The translations under genes and the position numbers were made by a program. A DNA stretch of 64,000 nucleotides from Chthoniobacterales bacterium (GTDB taxonomy: Bacteria > Verrucomicrobiota > Verrucomicrobiia > Chthoniobacterales > UBA6821), in NCBI GenBank assembly GCA_019747895.1, contig JAIEQF010000021.1:1207-65206 (forward strand). Direction: 5' to 3'. Position 1 is the stretch's first letter; each line of letters opens with the position of its first letter. Below the pieces are notes generated by a model, which had not been told where the DNA came from, ran no database searches, and saw nothing but the letters and a program-made list of their open reading frames with translations. Shown here in pieces: positions 63,011 through 64,000 of the stretch.

Positions 63011-63090
63011 AGGGGTCAGTCAGCCCTATTGGCACATTTGATCCCATAGCAAAAATTATATAAATGTGCCAATAGGGCTGACTGACCCCT
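63011..63090. repeat. GGGGTCAGTC hairpin H3 (variant arms)
   Basis: aggggtcagtcagccctattggcacattt - 22-nt loop - aaatgtgccaatagggctgactgacccct. The outer aggggtcagtc and inner acattt are shared with H1/H2. The middle differs, but both arms changed together. Confidence 0.9.
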
Positions 63091-63144
63091 AGGTTGAATT
63101 TGCTTTAGCCTGCAGCCCGTAAGGTGTATCGTGATAGCCCGTCT

Positions 63145-64000
63145 ATGTCTGAATCCCCAAAGCCCAAGAAACTTTCGTTCCCTCAACTCTTGATTGCAGT
63201 CTGGAAGCCGTATCGGAGTCTCTCCGTTTTTCTCACACCTTACCGAGTGAGGCTTGTATTGGGGCTTCTGGCTGGCGTCGGTTATGCCGCTTCGAATGCT
63301 GCTGTTCCTCTCGTGATCAAAAAGGTGGGAGGTTCTGTTTTTAGTGGCGGATTTTCGCAGACGCAACTCTTGAGTGGAAATGTTCCAACAGGAGGACCAG
63401 ACGTTAAAGATGTGCTCTGGATCTGTCTCTTGGTGCCAGTGATCATGCTCGTAAGAAGCATTCTTTCGTATATGAATACTTACTGCCTCACGTGGGTCAG
63501 TCTTAAAGTGCTCCGTGATATTCGACGTAAAGTTTTTGGGCATCTCATGGAGCAGTCACTCGATTTTTTTAATCGCTCTCAGTCGGGACGCCTTTTGTCG
63601 CGTGTCCTCAATGACACCCGCGTCGCTCAGGAATCACTCGTCGGCATTGTCGGCGATGTCATCAAAGAGCCACTAACGGTCATCGGAATGGTCTACGTCT
63701 TGATGCGTATCGATTGGAAATTTAGTTTCGTCACCCTCTTTCTTTTTCCCATCTGTCTCGTACCGCTGATTGTCTACGGTCGTAAGGTGCGCAAAGCTGG
63801 TAAAGCGGAAGAAAATGAAGCCGGCATCATGGCGGTCATTCTGCAGGAATCATTCGCTGGCATTCGCGTGATCAAATCATTTGCGCGCGAAAAATTCCAG
63901 CTTGATCTTTTCGACAAATCGAGTGAAATCCAGTTCAAATCGAGCCTCAGCGTTCAGAAGAGCTCAGCGATTGTGCAGCCGATGATCGAAACCGTCTCGG
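63145..64000 (+). CDS. msbA: ABC transporter permease/ATPase, MsbA-like (N-terminal TMD only; continues beyond window)
   Basis: Not in the ORF track (no stop in window). My translation from ATG 63145: MSESPKPKKLSFPQLLIAVWKPYRSLSVFLTPYRVRLVLGLLAGVGYAASNAAVPL...LKVLRDIRRKVFGHLMEQSLDFFNRSQSGRLLSRVLNDT...AGIRVIKSFAREK, the type-I ABC exporter TMD pattern. Confidence 0.8.
   Translation, partial: MSESPKPKKLSFPQLLIAVWKPYRSLSVFLTPYRVRLVLGLLAGVGYAASNAAVPLVIKKVGGSVFSGGFSQTQLLSGNVPTGGPDVKDVLWICLLVPVIMLVRSILSYMNTYCLTWVSLKVLRDIRRKVFGHLMEQSLDFFNRSQSGRLLSRVLNDTRVAQESLVGIVGDVIKEPLTVIGMVYVLMRIDWKFSFVTLFLFPICLVPLIVYGRKVRKAGKAEENEAGIMAVILQESFAGIRVIKSFAREKFQLDLFDKSSEIQFKSSLSVQKSSAIVQPMIETVS

Noticed and set aside
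42094-63090. H1-H3 as integron attC sites or canonical intrinsic terminators
   Set aside because: For attC: no integrase or attI is present, the pairing is perfect without extrahelical bases, and there is no RYYYAAC/GTTRRRY core. For terminators: no T-tract follows any of the three hairpins. A REP-like, mRNA-end or mobile role remains open (see findings).
63016-63543. 175-aa minus-strand ORF in the track
   Set aside because: It overlaps hairpin H3 and runs antisense to a much better plus-strand ORF (63145 onward) with a clear MsbA-type ABC exporter TMD sequence. Its own translation has no recognisable features.

Overview
This is a 64-kb chromosomal window from a Gram-negative bacterium. The gene content includes a MoxR/DUF58/BatA-E aerotolerance operon, LPS-core genes, tandem GspE ATPases and a type III secretion chaperone/translocator-like pair. 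That mix hints at a PVC-group organism (Verrucomicrobia-like or an environmental chlamydia relative), but taxonomy cannot be established from the sequence alone. About 60 protein-coding genes are supportable. I saw no rRNA, tRNA or CRISPR array by eye.

Housekeeping content:
- LPS core cluster (1-3097).
- Bat/MoxR operon (5840-14560), purK, and an lpxL-waaF fusion with a split waaF (16094-18392).
- gspE x2, gyrB, nadB, panC, secG, accB/accC, thiE, bioB.
- PDH E1alpha/E1beta/E2, ogt, a GNAT, pilD and msbA (partial).

Accessory content:
- A visibly AT-richer GH5 cellulase gene.
- Two paralogous secreted proteins flanking a fucosyltransferase-like gene (31.5-34.5 kb).
- A toxin-antitoxin islet (36.2-38.0 kb).
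- A ~12.7-kb island (45.1-57.9 kb) bracketed by paralogous APC permease genes. It holds two large coiled-coil repeat proteins, an IS30 remnant, a T3SS class-II chaperone plus translocator-like gene, two of three Rpn/YhgA-like PD-(D/E)XK nuclease-transposase paralogues, and a FAH-family gene interrupted by a 182-bp palindromic MITE.

The most unusual signal is non-genic. Almost every intergenic gap carries a small structured repeat, in three groups:
1. 'Split-arm' inverted repeats whose arms are tandem 7-10-nt units. The units are locus-specific, but the two arms at each locus are complementary. They sit exactly at stop and start codons and often contribute those codons.
2. A palindromic element family inserted in-frame into lpxL and ogt, resembling Rickettsia RPEs.
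3. Near-perfect 28-31-bp GGGGTCAGTC hairpins at gene 3' ends, whose outer motif recurs in the conserved 5' block of the Rpn genes.

All comparisons were done by eye. Repeat coordinates are accurate to about +/-3 nt.
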